IMG/VR virus record: IMGVR_UViG_3300024493_000235
Span: 128,001 to 192,000 of that record
Source of the DNA: a virus
Lineage: Duplodnaviria; Caudoviricetes
DNA: 64,000 nt
Reading direction: 5' to 3' (one strand)
Part shown: positions 36,936 through 47,561 of the stretch, piece after piece
How positions within the stretch are numbered: the stretch's first letter is position 1
How the letters are laid out: each line of letters opens with the position of its first letter
Program-made: the position numbers and the translations under genes
The notes under the pieces: model-generated
Seen by the model: the letters and a program-made list of their open reading frames with translations, nothing else
Told to the model about the DNA's origin: nothing
Databases searched by the model: none

Positions 36936-38444
36936 ATGGAACTTGCCATTTTTAACATGGAATCTCAGTATCAACAGGATATGAAAACGGGTGTGGGCAT
37001 CGAAATTGACACACCCGTTCCTGTTACTAAGAAGGAAATCATCAGGAATCCTCGTGGCATTTACTCTTCGTTATTTGGCGGAGATATCTCGGATACCGAT
37101 GAATTGCAAAAAAGATATCAGTGTTCTTGTGGAGAAAAAACTGGAAAGTTCCACGAGAGATCAGTCTGTGAGAAATGCCACACCCCGGTCACGTTTCAAG
37201 ACAACGAACTTGAAAAAACAGGTTGGATGAGCCTGTGCGACCCGTACGTATTAATCACTCCGAGGCTTTTTCGGTTCATAGAAAAAGTTTTAAAACCCAA
37301 ACGTCTTGATGAAATGCTAAAGTTCGATCATCGTTTTGATGCTAACGGCGTTATCATTTATGATACCACAGTCGATGCAAAGAATCCGTATGCAAATATC
37401 GGTATAAATGAATTTGCAAGACGCTTCGATGAAATACTTGAAGTGATGGCGGATAAAACAAAGGAACTCGAAATAGCTTTTATTAAGAAGCACAGAGGAG
37501 AAATATTTACTCGTAGAATTCCTGTTTTGAATTTGCTTTTACGTCCGGTTGTATTAATCAGTAATACTACTTTTAATTACGACCCTATCAATATGTATTA
37601 TGCGGAGATGATGAGTCATGTGCATTATATTAATAACAATATTAACAATGAGCACACGCAATCATCGCTTCAGATACTGTACGAACTGCAACGTAAATGG
37701 GTTTCCCTTGATGCTGAAATCATAAAGCAAAAAATAAACGGGAAAAAACATACGATAAGACAATTTGTTCTTGGAAGTAGGGTTAACTTTTCTGCTCGCC
37801 ATGTCGTCGTTCCAAATTTGGACACGGTCAAAATAGATTCTCTTAAAATTCCCTATTATACATTCTGTGAATTTTATAAATTTCACATTATGAATATCTA
37901 CAAAAAGATATATAGGGTTACGGTAAACGAACTTAATGATAGGTGGTACACACTTGTCATGACTCGGGATCCGTCTATTTTGCATATTATCAATATTCTT
38001 ATTAAGAGAACCAAAGGCGGTCTTAGGATGTATGTTAATCGTCCTCCGACTATCGCACTGGGTTCAATTCAAGTCTTTAAAGTGACCGCAATAAACGAAG
38101 ACTTCGACGATTTAACGGCATCTCTTCCGCTTTGTATTTTACCTTTGATGAACTGTGACTTTGATGGCGATTGTCTTTCGTTTATACCTCTTATTGATTC
38201 TATTTTTGCAGATAAAATGCAAAAATATTTTTCATCACAGAGGTTGGTTGTAAATCCATCGACAGGGTTATACAATAGACGAGTGGGACTCATTAAGGAC
38301 CAGTTAGTCGGGTTGTATTCGTTCTGCAACGATTCGTACAGTCCGCAGGACTTCGCAAGCGAAGATGACAAGTTCACGATTATAACTCCGGAAATTTTAC
38401 ATGCCAGGGATATGTGGTACAAACGTAACCGGAGAGCTGCCTAA
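36936..38444 (+). CDS. rpoC: Phage multisubunit RNA polymerase beta' N-terminal subunit, likely non-virion RNAP (502 aa)
   Basis: Zn finger CSCG..CEKC, GSRVNFSARHVVVP, NRPPTI, catalytic NCDFDGD. Preceded by TATACATAAT at 36896-36905. Confidence 0.93.
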   Translation: MELAIFNMESQYQQDMKTGVGIEIDTPVPVTKKEIIRNPRGIYSSLFGGDISDTDELQKRYQCSCGEKTGKFHERSVCEKCHTPVTFQDNELEKTGWMSLCDPYVLITPRLFRFIEKVLKPKRLDEMLKFDHRFDANGVIIYDTTVDAKNPYANIGINEFARRFDEILEVMADKTKELEIAFIKKHRGEIFTRRIPVLNLLLRPVVLISNTTFNYDPINMYYAEMMSHVHYINNNINNEHTQSSLQILYELQRKWVSLDAEIIKQKINGKKHTIRQFVLGSRVNFSARHVVVPNLDTVKIDSLKIPYYTFCEFYKFHIMNIYKKIYRVTVNELNDRWYTLVMTRDPSILHIINILIKRTKGGLRMYVNRPPTIALGSIQVFKVTAINEDFDDLTASLPLCILPLMNCDFDGDCLSFIPLIDSIFADKMQKYFSSQRLVVNPSTGLYNRRVGLIKDQLVGLYSFCNDSYSPQDFASEDDKFTIITPEILHARDMWYKRNRRAA

Positions 38445-38461
38445 AGGAGATAAAAAGAGGT

Positions 38462-39028
38462 ATGCATAAAAAATACACAATTTCTTTCGATGCCGATAAA
38501 ATACAATCTAAAGCGAACGCTGGCAAAACAATCGGATATTATGCAAAATGCTTAAACAACGTTTTGCAGGATTTACATTTCCCAAAGAAAACTTCACATG
38601 CGGAAAAGAGTGAACAAAAAATTTCTCGTACCGCTTTAAACGACGTAAAGAAAAACGTAGATGCGTTACTTGAGATTAAATATCCAAAACGTATAACAAT
38701 CGAAATATTTCAAGAGATGCAGGATAACATTGTATCTTCAATAGTGCAGCTTATGAAAGTATATGCAAATCTTGAAAACGATTACACGCTTGACAGTTAT
38801 TCGAAAAATGAGTACAACGATCCATTATCTAAAGTCTATAACGTTCATGCTGACGGTCAGACAAAAATGATCGAAGAAGCTTCAATGCATTCTCCTGAAC
38901 CGTATCATAATCCTGAAGATGAAGACTTCGACGATTATGATGACGATGACGAAGACTTTGATGAAGATCTTGATGATCCTGTTGATGAAGACAGAGACAT
39001 CGACGATGACGACTTTGACGATGATTAA
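38462..39028 (+). CDS. Hypothetical protein with very acidic C-terminal tail (188 aa)
   Basis: GAGG RBS, last ~37 residues mostly D/E, terminator at 39037-39072. Confidence 0.85.
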   Translation: MHKKYTISFDADKIQSKANAGKTIGYYAKCLNNVLQDLHFPKKTSHAEKSEQKISRTALNDVKKNVDALLEIKYPKRITIEIFQEMQDNIVSSIVQLMKVYANLENDYTLDSYSKNEYNDPLSKVYNVHADGQTKMIEEASMHSPEPYHNPEDEDFDDYDDDDEDFDEDLDDPVDEDRDIDDDDFDDD

Positions 39029-39036
39029 TTTAAATC

Positions 39037-39072
39037 TGTAGAGGGAGAAATCCCTCTACATAATTTTTATTT
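39037..39072 (+). terminator. Intrinsic terminator
   Basis: TGTAGAGGGA-gaaa-TCCCTCTACA followed by T-rich sequence. Confidence 0.8.
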
Positions 39073-39115
39073 GAGAATAACAGAAAAACATTTGAATAGA
39101 CAAAAGGAGGAATTT

Positions 39116-39598
39116 ATGAATCCGTTATTCCAATCGTGCATATCAAATATACGATACAAAGCAGATTTTGAAGGAATAAATGATCCTGTAAAGTTTCATT
39201 CAAAACACGCATGCAGTTTTGATATTCAATCTGCTAAAGATTACGACATTTGGTTTGGAAAAGTAGTCATTGTTGAGACAGGACTTCATCTTGAGATACC
39301 GTTGGGATTTGAAGCGTTAGTTCGTGGAAGATCCGGTCTTGCATCAAAGGGAATTCAACCATATGGAGGTATAGTTGACAGCGATTATACAGGGGAGATA
39401 AAAGTACTTTTATCTTGCTGCAACTTGGAGTTTACACCAGAGAAACCTTTTCACATTGTAAAAGGCGATAGAGTCGCTCAATGTGCATTTAAGAAAGTAT
39501 GTTTTTTAAGTGATACAAGTGAAATGACTTTTGAAAAAGTTGATGTATTAAAAGAAACCGAAAGAGGCGAAAACGGTTTAGGTTCCACAGGGAACTAA
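39116..39598 (+). CDS. dut: Trimeric dUTPase (start MNPLFQ)
   Basis: Motifs RGRSGLA, GIVDSDYTGEI, GDRVAQ, ERGENGLGSTG. AAGGAGG RBS, AACA-N6-TA at 39087-39098. Confidence 0.95.
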   Translation: MNPLFQSCISNIRYKADFEGINDPVKFHSKHACSFDIQSAKDYDIWFGKVVIVETGLHLEIPLGFEALVRGRSGLASKGIQPYGGIVDSDYTGEIKVLLSCCNLEFTPEKPFHIVKGDRVAQCAFKKVCFLSDTSEMTFEKVDVLKETERGENGLGSTGN

Positions 39599-39614
39599 AA
39601 GGAGATACAACTGT

Positions 39615-42113
39615 ATGAAAAATGATACACATCTTTTGATGATACAAAAATCAAACGATAAAATCTTTACTCTCGATAAGGAATTCATTGAGAGTTATGA
39701 AAATAAAAACCCCAAAAACGGAATGGACATATTAGGTCTTGTTACCTTTTATCGCACATACTCTCGTATGCTTGAAAAAGAAGAACGAAACGAGCATTGG
39801 TTTGAATGTGTTCGCCGTGTCGTAGAAGGAGTCATGAATATTCAAAAAGAATATTGTATGAATCATCGTCGCAAATGGTCTGATATAAAGGCACAGAGAA
39901 TAGCCCAGATTATGTACGACAAAATGTTTAACTTTAAAATGATTCCCCCAGGAAGAGGATTGTGGATTATGGGTTCTTCTTTTATTAAAGAAAGAGGAGC
40001 TGCGGCATTAAATAACTGCGCATATATTTCTACAGAAAATATAGGAGATCCGAAAGAATCTTCAATGTGTTTTGCATGGACTATGGATATGCTCATGTTA
40101 GGATCAGGCGTTTCCTCTGATACAAGGGGTGCCGGGAAAGTCGTCATAAAGCAACCAAAACCAACGGTGAAAGTATATACAATTCCTGACTCAAGAGAAG
40201 GTTGGGTTAACTCATTATGGATGCTCATGGAAAGTTATTTTCAAGGAACTGAGTCTGTTGATTTTAATTATAGTCTAATACGTGAAAGAGGACTTCCGAT
40301 AAAAGGATTTGGAGGAACTGCTTCTGGCCCTGATCCTTTGAAGATATTGCACAACTTCATCCGAGAGTTATTTAATAAAAGAATTGGTTTAACACTATCA
40401 TCAGTTGATATTGTTGATATCATGAATAACATCGGACGCTGCGTTGTAAGTGGGAACGTGCGCAGATCAAGTTGTCTCATGTTAGGCGATCCTGACGATA
40501 CCGAATTTGTTACGATGAAGGATCCCGTTCTTCATAAGGAAGAACTTATAAGTCACAGATGGGCAAGTAACAATTCAGTGAATGCTGTTCCAGGAAAAAT
40601 AAGATACGAAGATTACATCGATTCTATTTGTGCGAATGGAGAACCAGGTTTTGTGTGGCTTTCTAATATTCGTAAACACGGTAGAATGATGGATCCAGTG
40701 GATGACGTTGATATTAACGTCGGAAACTTAAATCCGTGCTTTACAGGTGATATGAAACTTCTTACTAAAGATGGATACGTGACATTTGATCAACTTGATG
40801 ATATAGGTTGCGAAGTTGATATCGTTCGTAAAGACGGTTCTATAGGCCCCGCGCAAATAATATACACAGGAAAGAAAATCATCGCTGAAATATATGTCGC
40901 CGGAGTTGAAGAGCCGCTTAAATGTACGCACGATCATGTATGGATGCTTTCTAATGGAACTGAATGCAAAGCAATAAACTTGCAGGGAAAGACTTTAAAG
41001 AATTATTCATATATGAAAACACGGCCGATTGTTACCAAAGTCGTTCTTAAGAACGATGAAGAGGATGTATTTGATTTTAAAGAACCTAAATTCCATTGGG
41101 GTATTGTTAATAACTTTTTTGCACATAACTGCGGAGAGATTTGTCTTGAATCTGGCGGCATGTGCAATTTAGTTTCTGTAATTCCGGCATATCATGATAC
41201 ATATGATGAGTTTGAAGAATCTCTTAAATATGCATATATGTATGCAAAAACGGTAACACTTCTTGATACCGGATGGCCAAATACTGACGAGATTATACGT
41301 AATACTCGTCGTATTGGTATTTCTCTGTCTGGAGTTATTGACGCTTTTGAAAAACACGGAAGAGATAAAATGTTAAAGTGGTGTCGAGACGGATACAATT
41401 ATGTGCGTAAACTCGACAAAGAATATTCGGAACACTGGCTTCATATTCCAGAATCATCCAGAATTTCTGCACTGAAGCCCGACGGCACAACATCGCTATT
41501 GACAGGAAGTTCTCCTGGAATACATTACCCGTTCGATAAGTATTATATTAGGAGAGTTAGAATAGATTCGAGCTCCCCCATTTGCAAGATACTTACAGAA
41601 CACGGCTATCATTATGAAGTCGAAAGAGAAAACTTTGTTTTCGAATTTCCTGTAATGAAAGAGCATTTTGGAAAATCGGTACAAACGTGTACAGTCGAAG
41701 ATCAATTTCGTAACGCTTCTGACATGCAAGAGATGTGGGCTGATAATTCTGTTTCTATTACGATAACTTTCAGACATCAGATTAAAAGAAACGAAAAAGG
41801 AGAACCTATCGATGAAAACAATAATGTCATTACGTCTGGAAATCCTAAAGATTACATCGTCCTTGAGAGCGATAAAGACGAAGTCGTTCGGTGCTTGTAC
41901 AAATATGAAAATAGATTAAAGGCTGTATCTTTACTTCCTGACGATCCGTTTGCATACGCTCTTATGCCGTTTGAGTCTATCACAAAAGAAAAGTTTGATA
42001 GAATGTGGGAGAAAATAACTCCTATTAATTTCAAAGAAATTAACATCTATCAGAAACCGGAAGTAATCGAACGATTCTGCACAAAAGATTCGTGCGATAT
42101 TATAAAACCATAA
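39615..42113 (+). CDS. nrdJ: Class II (adenosylcobalamin-dependent, monomeric-type) ribonucleotide reductase containing an intein
   Basis: PPGRGLW, LNNCAY, DSREGW, GGTASGP, VVSGNVRRS, GEPG, NP[intein]CGEI, CNL, KPDGTTSLL, C-terminal CTKDSC. Confidence 0.93.
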   Translation: MKNDTHLLMIQKSNDKIFTLDKEFIESYENKNPKNGMDILGLVTFYRTYSRMLEKEERNEHWFECVRRVVEGVMNIQKEYCMNHRRKWSDIKAQRIAQIMYDKMFNFKMIPPGRGLWIMGSSFIKERGAAALNNCAYISTENIGDPKESSMCFAWTMDMLMLGSGVSSDTRGAGKVVIKQPKPTVKVYTIPDSREGWVNSLWMLMESYFQGTESVDFNYSLIRERGLPIKGFGGTASGPDPLKILHNFIRELFNKRIGLTLSSVDIVDIMNNIGRCVVSGNVRRSSCLMLGDPDDTEFVTMKDPVLHKEELISHRWASNNSVNAVPGKIRYEDYIDSICANGEPGFVWLSNIRKHGRMMDPVDDVDINVGNLNPCFTGDMKLLTKDGYVTFDQLDDIGCEVDIVRKDGSIGPAQIIYTGKKIIAEIYVAGVEEPLKCTHDHVWMLSNGTECKAINLQGKTLKNYSYMKTRPIVTKVVLKNDEEDVFDFKEPKFHWGIVNNFFAHNCGEICLESGGMCNLVSVIPAYHDTYDEFEESLKYAYMYAKTVTLLDTGWPNTDEIIRNTRRIGISLSGVIDAFEKHGRDKMLKWCRDGYNYVRKLDKEYSEHWLHIPESSRISALKPDGTTSLLTGSSPGIHYPFDKYYIRRVRIDSSSPICKILTEHGYHYEVERENFVFEFPVMKEHFGKSVQTCTVEDQFRNASDMQEMWADNSVSITITFRHQIKRNEKGEPIDENNNVITSGNPKDYIVLESDKDEVVRCLYKYENRLKAVSLLPDDPFAYALMPFESITKEKFDRMWEKITPINFKEINIYQKPEVIERFCTKDSCDIIKP
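40737..41129 (+). mobile_element. Mini-intein (131 aa, no homing endonuclease) in the RNR NP/CGE active-site motif
   Basis: Starts CFTGDMKLLTKDG, block B CTHDHVW, block F DVFDF, ends FFAHN followed by Cys+1. Confidence 0.92.
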
Positions 42114-42128
42114 CGAAAGGAGAAAATT

Positions 42129-42899
42129 ATGGGACCAGAAGATTTGGGGGAGATGCTTTACGAAGGAAAAGCAAAAAAATTGTATGCCGTTCAAAATTGG
42201 CCAGAACTTGTTGTCATAGAATATAAGGATGATGCAACAGCCAATAACGGAGAGAAGAAAGGACAGATTGCGAACAAAGGAAAAATAAATAATGCGATTG
42301 CATCAAAATTATTTGAAGTCCTTAAAGCCGAAGGCATTCCAACACATTTTGTCCGTAAACGTACTGATACCGAAATGGTGTGTAAAAAAGTCGAGATCAT
42401 AAAACTTGAAGTCATCATCCGAAATCTTATCGCCGGTTCCATGGCAAAACGTCTTGGAATTAAAGAGGGGACGGCTCCCGAAACGACAATCTTTGAGCTT
42501 TCGTACAAAGACGATTCGCTTGGCGATCCTCTTATTAATGATTATCACGCCGTCGGAATTGGAGCTGCGACCTTCGAAGAAATTGAGACCATTAAGACTT
42601 ATGCGTTCAAAATCAATAGGATACTCAAGAGATTCTTTTCTAAACGAAGAGTGAACGTAGTCGATTTCAAACTTGAATTTGGACGTGTTATTGATGAGAA
42701 TGGGGAAGTAACACGTGAGATTGTTCTCGCCGACGAGATATCTCCTGATACTTGTCGGTTCTGGGATCAAAAGACAAATGAAAAACTCGACAAAGATCGG
42801 TTCCGTCGGGATCTTGGCGGCATTGAAGAAGCATATAACGAAATTGAGGCAAGGATCCTTATGAATGACGACGAGGTATCGCGTATATGGAAGACATAA
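42129..42899 (+). CDS. purC: SAICAR synthetase (auxiliary metabolic gene)
   Basis: [59 protein letters not shown]. Confidence 0.96.
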   Translation: MGPEDLGEMLYEGKAKKLYAVQNWPELVVIEYKDDATANNGEKKGQIANKGKINNAIASKLFEVLKAEGIPTHFVRKRTDTEMVCKKVEIIKLEVIIRNLIAGSMAKRLGIKEGTAPETTIFELSYKDDSLGDPLINDYHAVGIGAATFEEIETIKTYAFKINRILKRFFSKRRVNVVDFKLEFGRVIDENGEVTREIVLADEISPDTCRFWDQKTNEKLDKDRFRRDLGGIEEAYNEIEARILMNDDEVSRIWKT

Positions 42900-43369
42900 T
42901 ATATACTCTTGATACTCAAAGTCTTTTACGTTCGATGTATCCTAAGGATTTTGGTCCAGGACGAGCAGATCTTTTAGTACTTCTGGATGACGAATCGCCA
43001 TATGCGTATTCTATTTCGTGTGGCGGTATTGTAAATCCTGAAAAGAGAATAGCTCGCGGGATTGCCATTCCTATTACGACAAAGAAAATTACACGCCTTA
43101 GAGAACTCGATGATCATAGAGCCGGATGCAGTAAACTTCGTTATGATAAGTACCCGACTCTTGTGAAAGATTTTGTCAAAAATCTCGATAGCGCTTACAA
43201 AAGACAAATTGCCTACATCGAAGATGCTCTTGATATCGCTGTGGATATGTCACGAATAGAAGAGTTACGAGAAGGATATATTCCTGTTTTAATATCAGGA
43301 AGAACCTCGACAGGACTCTTCTTAAGTGAGCCTACGAAAGCTGTAATTGTGTCAGGAAATTGCATCTAA
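42887..43369 (+). CDS. Hypothetical protein, possibly DUF6210-like (160 aa)
   Basis: GAGG RBS inside the purC end. Pattern Y...CGG...G..IP...VD..R..E..EGYIPV...N near the C-terminus. Family recalled from memory, unverified. Confidence 0.7.
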   Translation: MEDIIYTLDTQSLLRSMYPKDFGPGRADLLVLLDDESPYAYSISCGGIVNPEKRIARGIAIPITTKKITRLRELDDHRAGCSKLRYDKYPTLVKDFVKNLDSAYKRQIAYIEDALDIAVDMSRIEELREGYIPVLISGRTSTGLFLSEPTKAVIVSGNCI

Positions 43370-43379
43370 ATGACAGGAA

Positions 43380-43412
43380 ATCCGCAGACCTTTTGGTCTG
43401 CGGATCCTTTTT
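43380..43412 (+). terminator. Intrinsic terminator
   Basis: ATCCGCAGACC-tttt-GGTCTGCGGAT plus T-tract. Confidence 0.85.
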
Positions 43413-43463
43413 AGGCCTCTCGAACATCTTGTTAATTACAACCCTTTTAATAGGAGGAATATT

Positions 43464-44432
43464 GTGAAATTATATTCTGAAACCTTCACATATAAACAAT
43501 ATGATGAAAATTTTCACATAAGCTCAATGCTTAAAGACCTGAAAAATCATATTACAATTGTCGATAAAGAAGTTTTTTCATCTAAAGTGTTAGAAATTGA
43601 CAAAATGGTAAATATCTCTATAAAGAAATCCGTAATGAAAGATTTCGATGAGAAAGCCATTGTATTTTTTGTTACAAACGACGATTTTCCATTACCTTCT
43701 ACAGTGCCCGTATTTATAGTTCCTGATAAAACCTCAAATTTAAGATACAGAGCAATTGTCAATATCACAGGCCACAGTAAAATCTCAAAAGACGAATTTG
43801 GAAAAATTGAAAGTGTGGAAATCGAGAATAAGAAAATGTTTACACTTCTTGCTACAGGATGGATTTACAGAAAACTGTTTCTCGATGATTCAGCGTTCTT
43901 TATTAATTCGGGCATTGTAAAGGTAGCTGCAAATATGTACGCAAGATTGTGCTACAAAATTCTTGATAAGAAATGGTCCATTGGTGTCGACTTCAAAAGA
44001 GTCGATGTTGCAATGGTTATATTTGCTTATTTTTTTGCATATTATGTCGCAGGGGAACCTAAAAGGGCGTTGGATATAGCATCTGCTATTGATGCCGTTA
44101 CAAATTTAAATGAAGGTGTTAAGGTTGCTCGTGACATAATAAAGCATGTAAAGGATCCAAAGCATCCGTTTAAGGATTTCAGGGATTGTATCGAACTTTT
44201 GAATAAATCCATTAGTGAGATTGTCCCTATCGATGCTCTTACATTCATAGGGGTCTTTGCACAACATTGGCAAGGTTCAACTGTGCCAGGAATTGATTAT
44301 CTTCCCTACTTTGTGATGACAATCGTTTCTTCATTTATAGGAGCCGGACTTGCGAGGGATACGGCCGTACTTCAAGTTGTACGAAAAGATGCCGATACTT
44401 TCATTAAAATGCTAAGTGAAGTATACAAATAG
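43464..44432 (+). CDS. Putative virion protein (322 aa)
   Basis: AGGAGG RBS, GTG start, AACA-N6-TA at 43423-43434. First gene of a structural-looking operon. Confidence 0.8.
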   Translation: MKLYSETFTYKQYDENFHISSMLKDLKNHITIVDKEVFSSKVLEIDKMVNISIKKSVMKDFDEKAIVFFVTNDDFPLPSTVPVFIVPDKTSNLRYRAIVNITGHSKISKDEFGKIESVEIENKKMFTLLATGWIYRKLFLDDSAFFINSGIVKVAANMYARLCYKILDKKWSIGVDFKRVDVAMVIFAYFFAYYVAGEPKRALDIASAIDAVTNLNEGVKVARDIIKHVKDPKHPFKDFRDCIELLNKSISEIVPIDALTFIGVFAQHWQGSTVPGIDYLPYFVMTIVSSFIGAGLARDTAVLQVVRKDADTFIKMLSEVYK

Positions 44433-44442
44433 GAGGCAAGGT

Positions 44443-47400
44443 GTGAAAGACATCGCCACAGACAGCGCAGTTCAATACATGGAAGGTAGTACTATAGATA
44501 CATTAGAGTCATGGAGGCTTAAAGAAAGTTCAACTCTTCAAGAGCTATACCTTTCGGATCTTGACTATAATGAAAACCTTATGAAGGAGTTTATAGTCCC
44601 TTCTAGCAATCGAGTAAAAATGTCAACAGGGGAAACGGTCGATGTTCCTTCAACAGTGAATCTTTTTATGTTTCCTACTCGCAAAAGATTATATGACGAA
44701 AACGAGTATGCTGCAAGGTTAAAACCAAAAGTACAAACATTAAAAGAACGTGGAGAATTAAAGAGGCGTTCTTTTGTCGTATTCGTAAACGGAAAGAAAG
44801 TTCCGGATGACAGAGTACTTGTATACGCAAGTCAAAATGGAACGGATGTATTTATTCCATGTTCGTACTTCGATAAGAAAAACCTTAACTCTCTTGTATG
44901 TACGGTTCATGAATACGGAGAATGTTATCTTCAGTATTACATCGATAACACCCTATCAAGAATGATTGGGGATACTTCCAAAGGCAGCATTTCAATTCCT
45001 CCAAGATTAAGAGCGAAGATTATAAAAAGATACATCTTAGTATATGTAGACGGTCTTCTTTTGGAACCTGCAGAATTTGAAATTACCATAGACGGATTGT
45101 GCTTCTCTGTAGAACTTGTAGGAGAGCCTAGTTCGTTTTTGAATAAACCTGTAGAAGTCGTTGTTGATAGCTCTATCTTGGGTTCTTTTTCGAATCGTTA
45201 CATCAACTCTTCTAACGACTTGTTTTTCTTCATACCAAAAGATAATACCATGACACTTGATTTTGCGATATTCCAATATATGTGCGATATTTATCTTAAT
45301 GGAGAGAGAATACCGTCTTATGATATTGCGCAGAAATCGTATCGTCATTTCTTGTATAAAAGACCGCTTACAGAAAACGTTGTCACATCCCGTATTGTGT
45401 TGTCGGATAAGAGAAAACTGTCAAGTTCATTTTATCCGTATATCGATTCTTTCATGCAATATGAAATGTGGGCAGATGAAAAACAAACAATACAACAGCT
45501 TGCAGGAGAAATTGTCGAGGATACAGAAATACAACCACCGTTTATAAACTATAAACAACTTGCATTTCCTCCTGAAAACAAATATATCGTTGATGAAAAA
45601 GTCACCAGCCTTATGAGTAACCTCCAGAGAATAAAAGCCATGATAGCCGAAAATACAAATTACTTCAGAGCTCTTTTAAGCTACTACGGTATCAAAGAAG
45701 AAGAGTACACAGTTACACGTGGAGAGGGCATTGACGATGACAATAAGAAAGTAGGAATTGTTCTTGAAAACAATGACGGCGTTTATCCGAATAGGGATGA
45801 TAGTCTTCTTGAAGTGTACATAAACGGAAAGAAAATTCAGGACACATCTCTTACATATGTCAACAAAGCTGGAGCTGATTACATTCAAATTCCGATGAAG
45901 TTCTTCCGTAAAGGAAAGGATCCGCAAAAGGTTAGTAATGCAAGTTTAACCGAAGACAAAAAATATTACACGGATGTGATTCATCTGTATCGATACAAAA
46001 CAACTTCATGTCAACAAGGGTCTATTTCATTTGAATGTGCTCCTCAAGACTGGATGCACAGCAACACGTGGATTGACATATGTGATATCCCTGGAGTCTC
46101 TGGAAATCTTTTTGATTACGACATATCGGAACTTGTTGTATACCAAAGAACAAACCGTGATACTGATAAAAATCATTTCTACATTGATATGGAAGGTGCC
46201 GTAAGTTATTTCGGTATCGTTCATGAAAAGAATAAAGACGGTTCTATTAATTACTCTTTACGCCATGAATTGCATGATGACGGAAAAGAATACCTACAAA
46301 TAATAATACCGGAAGGTTCGTGTATACAAAAAGATTCAAAAGTATACATTTCTAACCCAAGGTTTCATTCACAAAGAACGTTTACAGTACAAGTTACAGC
46401 CAACTCTCTTAACAATGAAAGTAGACTTGTACTTAATTCCGTTGATCGAGGGGAAGTTATTCCTAAAGCCGTTGGCGATTATCTTATAAAGTTATTTATA
46501 AACGGCTCATGTTGCATTAAAGACGTTGACTATTTTATATCATCTCCTGAAACACGTGATACTGTCGTAAATACGATTATTATTTTTAGGAGAAAAGTAG
46601 AAATAGATGACGTTATTGAAATTGTATATACTGGTACAAAAAACAGATGGCTATGCGGATATTCGAATATCCCAGCTTCCAATAAATTCGGTCTTTTATA
46701 TCTGTCTGCACTTCGAATTCCTTTTTCAACCGATTACATCGATGTATACTTGAATGAGAAAAAACTTGATAAAGATGATATCGTTGTTTATACAGACAGA
46801 CTCGTTCGCATTAAAAATAATCTTCTCCCGTTTAGAAACGTGTCATTTTATACTCGTCTTTCTGTGGGATATCCGGATCTCAATCCTTACATCGAAGAGC
46901 ATATGAAAAATAGGGATCCGTTCGATGTATACATCGAAGAATTCTGTAAGTCAGTCGATTATGAAACGGACTCTGAAGGGGATAAATCGATTAACGATAT
47001 TTTTGAAACAACCACTATTGGAACTGACGATGATGGAAACCCGATATATCCTGATGTAATACCGGAAGACCCTGATGTACCGCCAATACAGCAAATAGAT
47101 CCGTTCTTGGATCGTTTTGGAAGGGATTTCAATACCGATAGAAATCAGGTTACAAAATATTTTGACGCCAACGAATTTAAACTTATCGACTTCGATGAGT
47201 ATCTGATTCTTTTGAATGAGAAAACGCTTGCTACGCATCATATTGTCTTGAATGCGAATTCTCCTGAAAAGATACATGATGACTTTATATTTGATCCCAA
47301 CAGATACTATCGGAATGTGCCGGAGATTATGAAAGTAATAGCCGACACATTCAATTTAGGGTTTATCACGAAGGATATGGATTCAAATGCTCCTATATCT

Positions 47401-47529
47401 AAGTATACAGACCCGTTATTGTCAACGTACCTCTATCCTCGGGATGTGATTCCTCTTGATTCAAACAGAGTCTTTACAGAGAAAGAATTGCAAGAGACTG
47501 TGGTACTCGATTCAAATATCGTTCCATAA
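44443..47529 (+). CDS. Large virion structural (baseplate/tail-associated) protein, start reassigned to GTG 44443
   Basis: AGGAGG RBS. Repeated (V/I)(F/Y)(V/L/I)NG beta modules typical of jumbo-phage baseplate/tail proteins. Confidence 0.75.
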   Translation: MKDIATDSAVQYMEGSTIDTLESWRLKESSTLQELYLSDLDYNENLMKEFIVPSSNRVKMSTGETVDVPSTVNLFMFPTRKRLYDENEYAARLKPKVQTLKERGELKRRSFVVFVNGKKVPDDRVLVYASQNGTDVFIPCSYFDKKNLNSLVCTVHEYGECYLQYYIDNTLSRMIGDTSKGSISIPPRLRAKIIKRYILVYVDGLLLEPAEFEITIDGLCFSVELVGEPSSFLNKPVEVVVDSSILGSFSNRYINSSNDLFFFIPKDNTMTLDFAIFQYMCDIYLNGERIPSYDIAQKSYRHFLYKRPLTENVVTSRIVLSDKRKLSSSFYPYIDSFMQYEMWADEKQTIQQLAGEIVEDTEIQPPFINYKQLAFPPENKYIVDEKVTSLMSNLQRIKAMIAENTNYFRALLSYYGIKEEEYTVTRGEGIDDDNKKVGIVLENNDGVYPNRDDSLLEVYINGKKIQDTSLTYVNKAGADYIQIPMKFFRKGKDPQKVSNASLTEDKKYYTDVIHLYRYKTTSCQQGSISFECAPQDWMHSNTWIDICDIPGVSGNLFDYDISELVVYQRTNRDTDKNHFYIDMEGAVSYFGIVHEKNKDGSINYSLRHELHDDGKEYLQIIIPEGSCIQKDSKVYISNPRFHSQRTFTVQVTANSLNNESRLVLNSVDRGEVIPKAVGDYLIKLFINGSCCIKDVDYFISSPETRDTVVNTIIIFRRKVEIDDVIEIVYTGTKNRWLCGYSNIPASNKFGLLYLSALRIPFSTDYIDVYLNEKKLDKDDIVVYTDRLVRIKNNLLPFRNVSFYTRLSVGYPDLNPYIEEHMKNRDPFDVYIEEFCKSVDYETDSEGDKSINDIFETTTIGTDDDGNPIYPDVIPEDPDVPPIQQIDPFLDRFGRDFNTDRNQVTKYFDANEFKLIDFDEYLILLNEKTLATHHIVLNANSPEKIHDDFIFDPNRYYRNVPEIMKVIADTFNLGFITKDMDSNAPISKYTDPLLSTYLYPRDVIPLDSNRVFTEKELQETVVLDSNIVP

Positions 47530-47561
47530 GGAATGAGTAAACTAACATAGGAGGAATTTCT

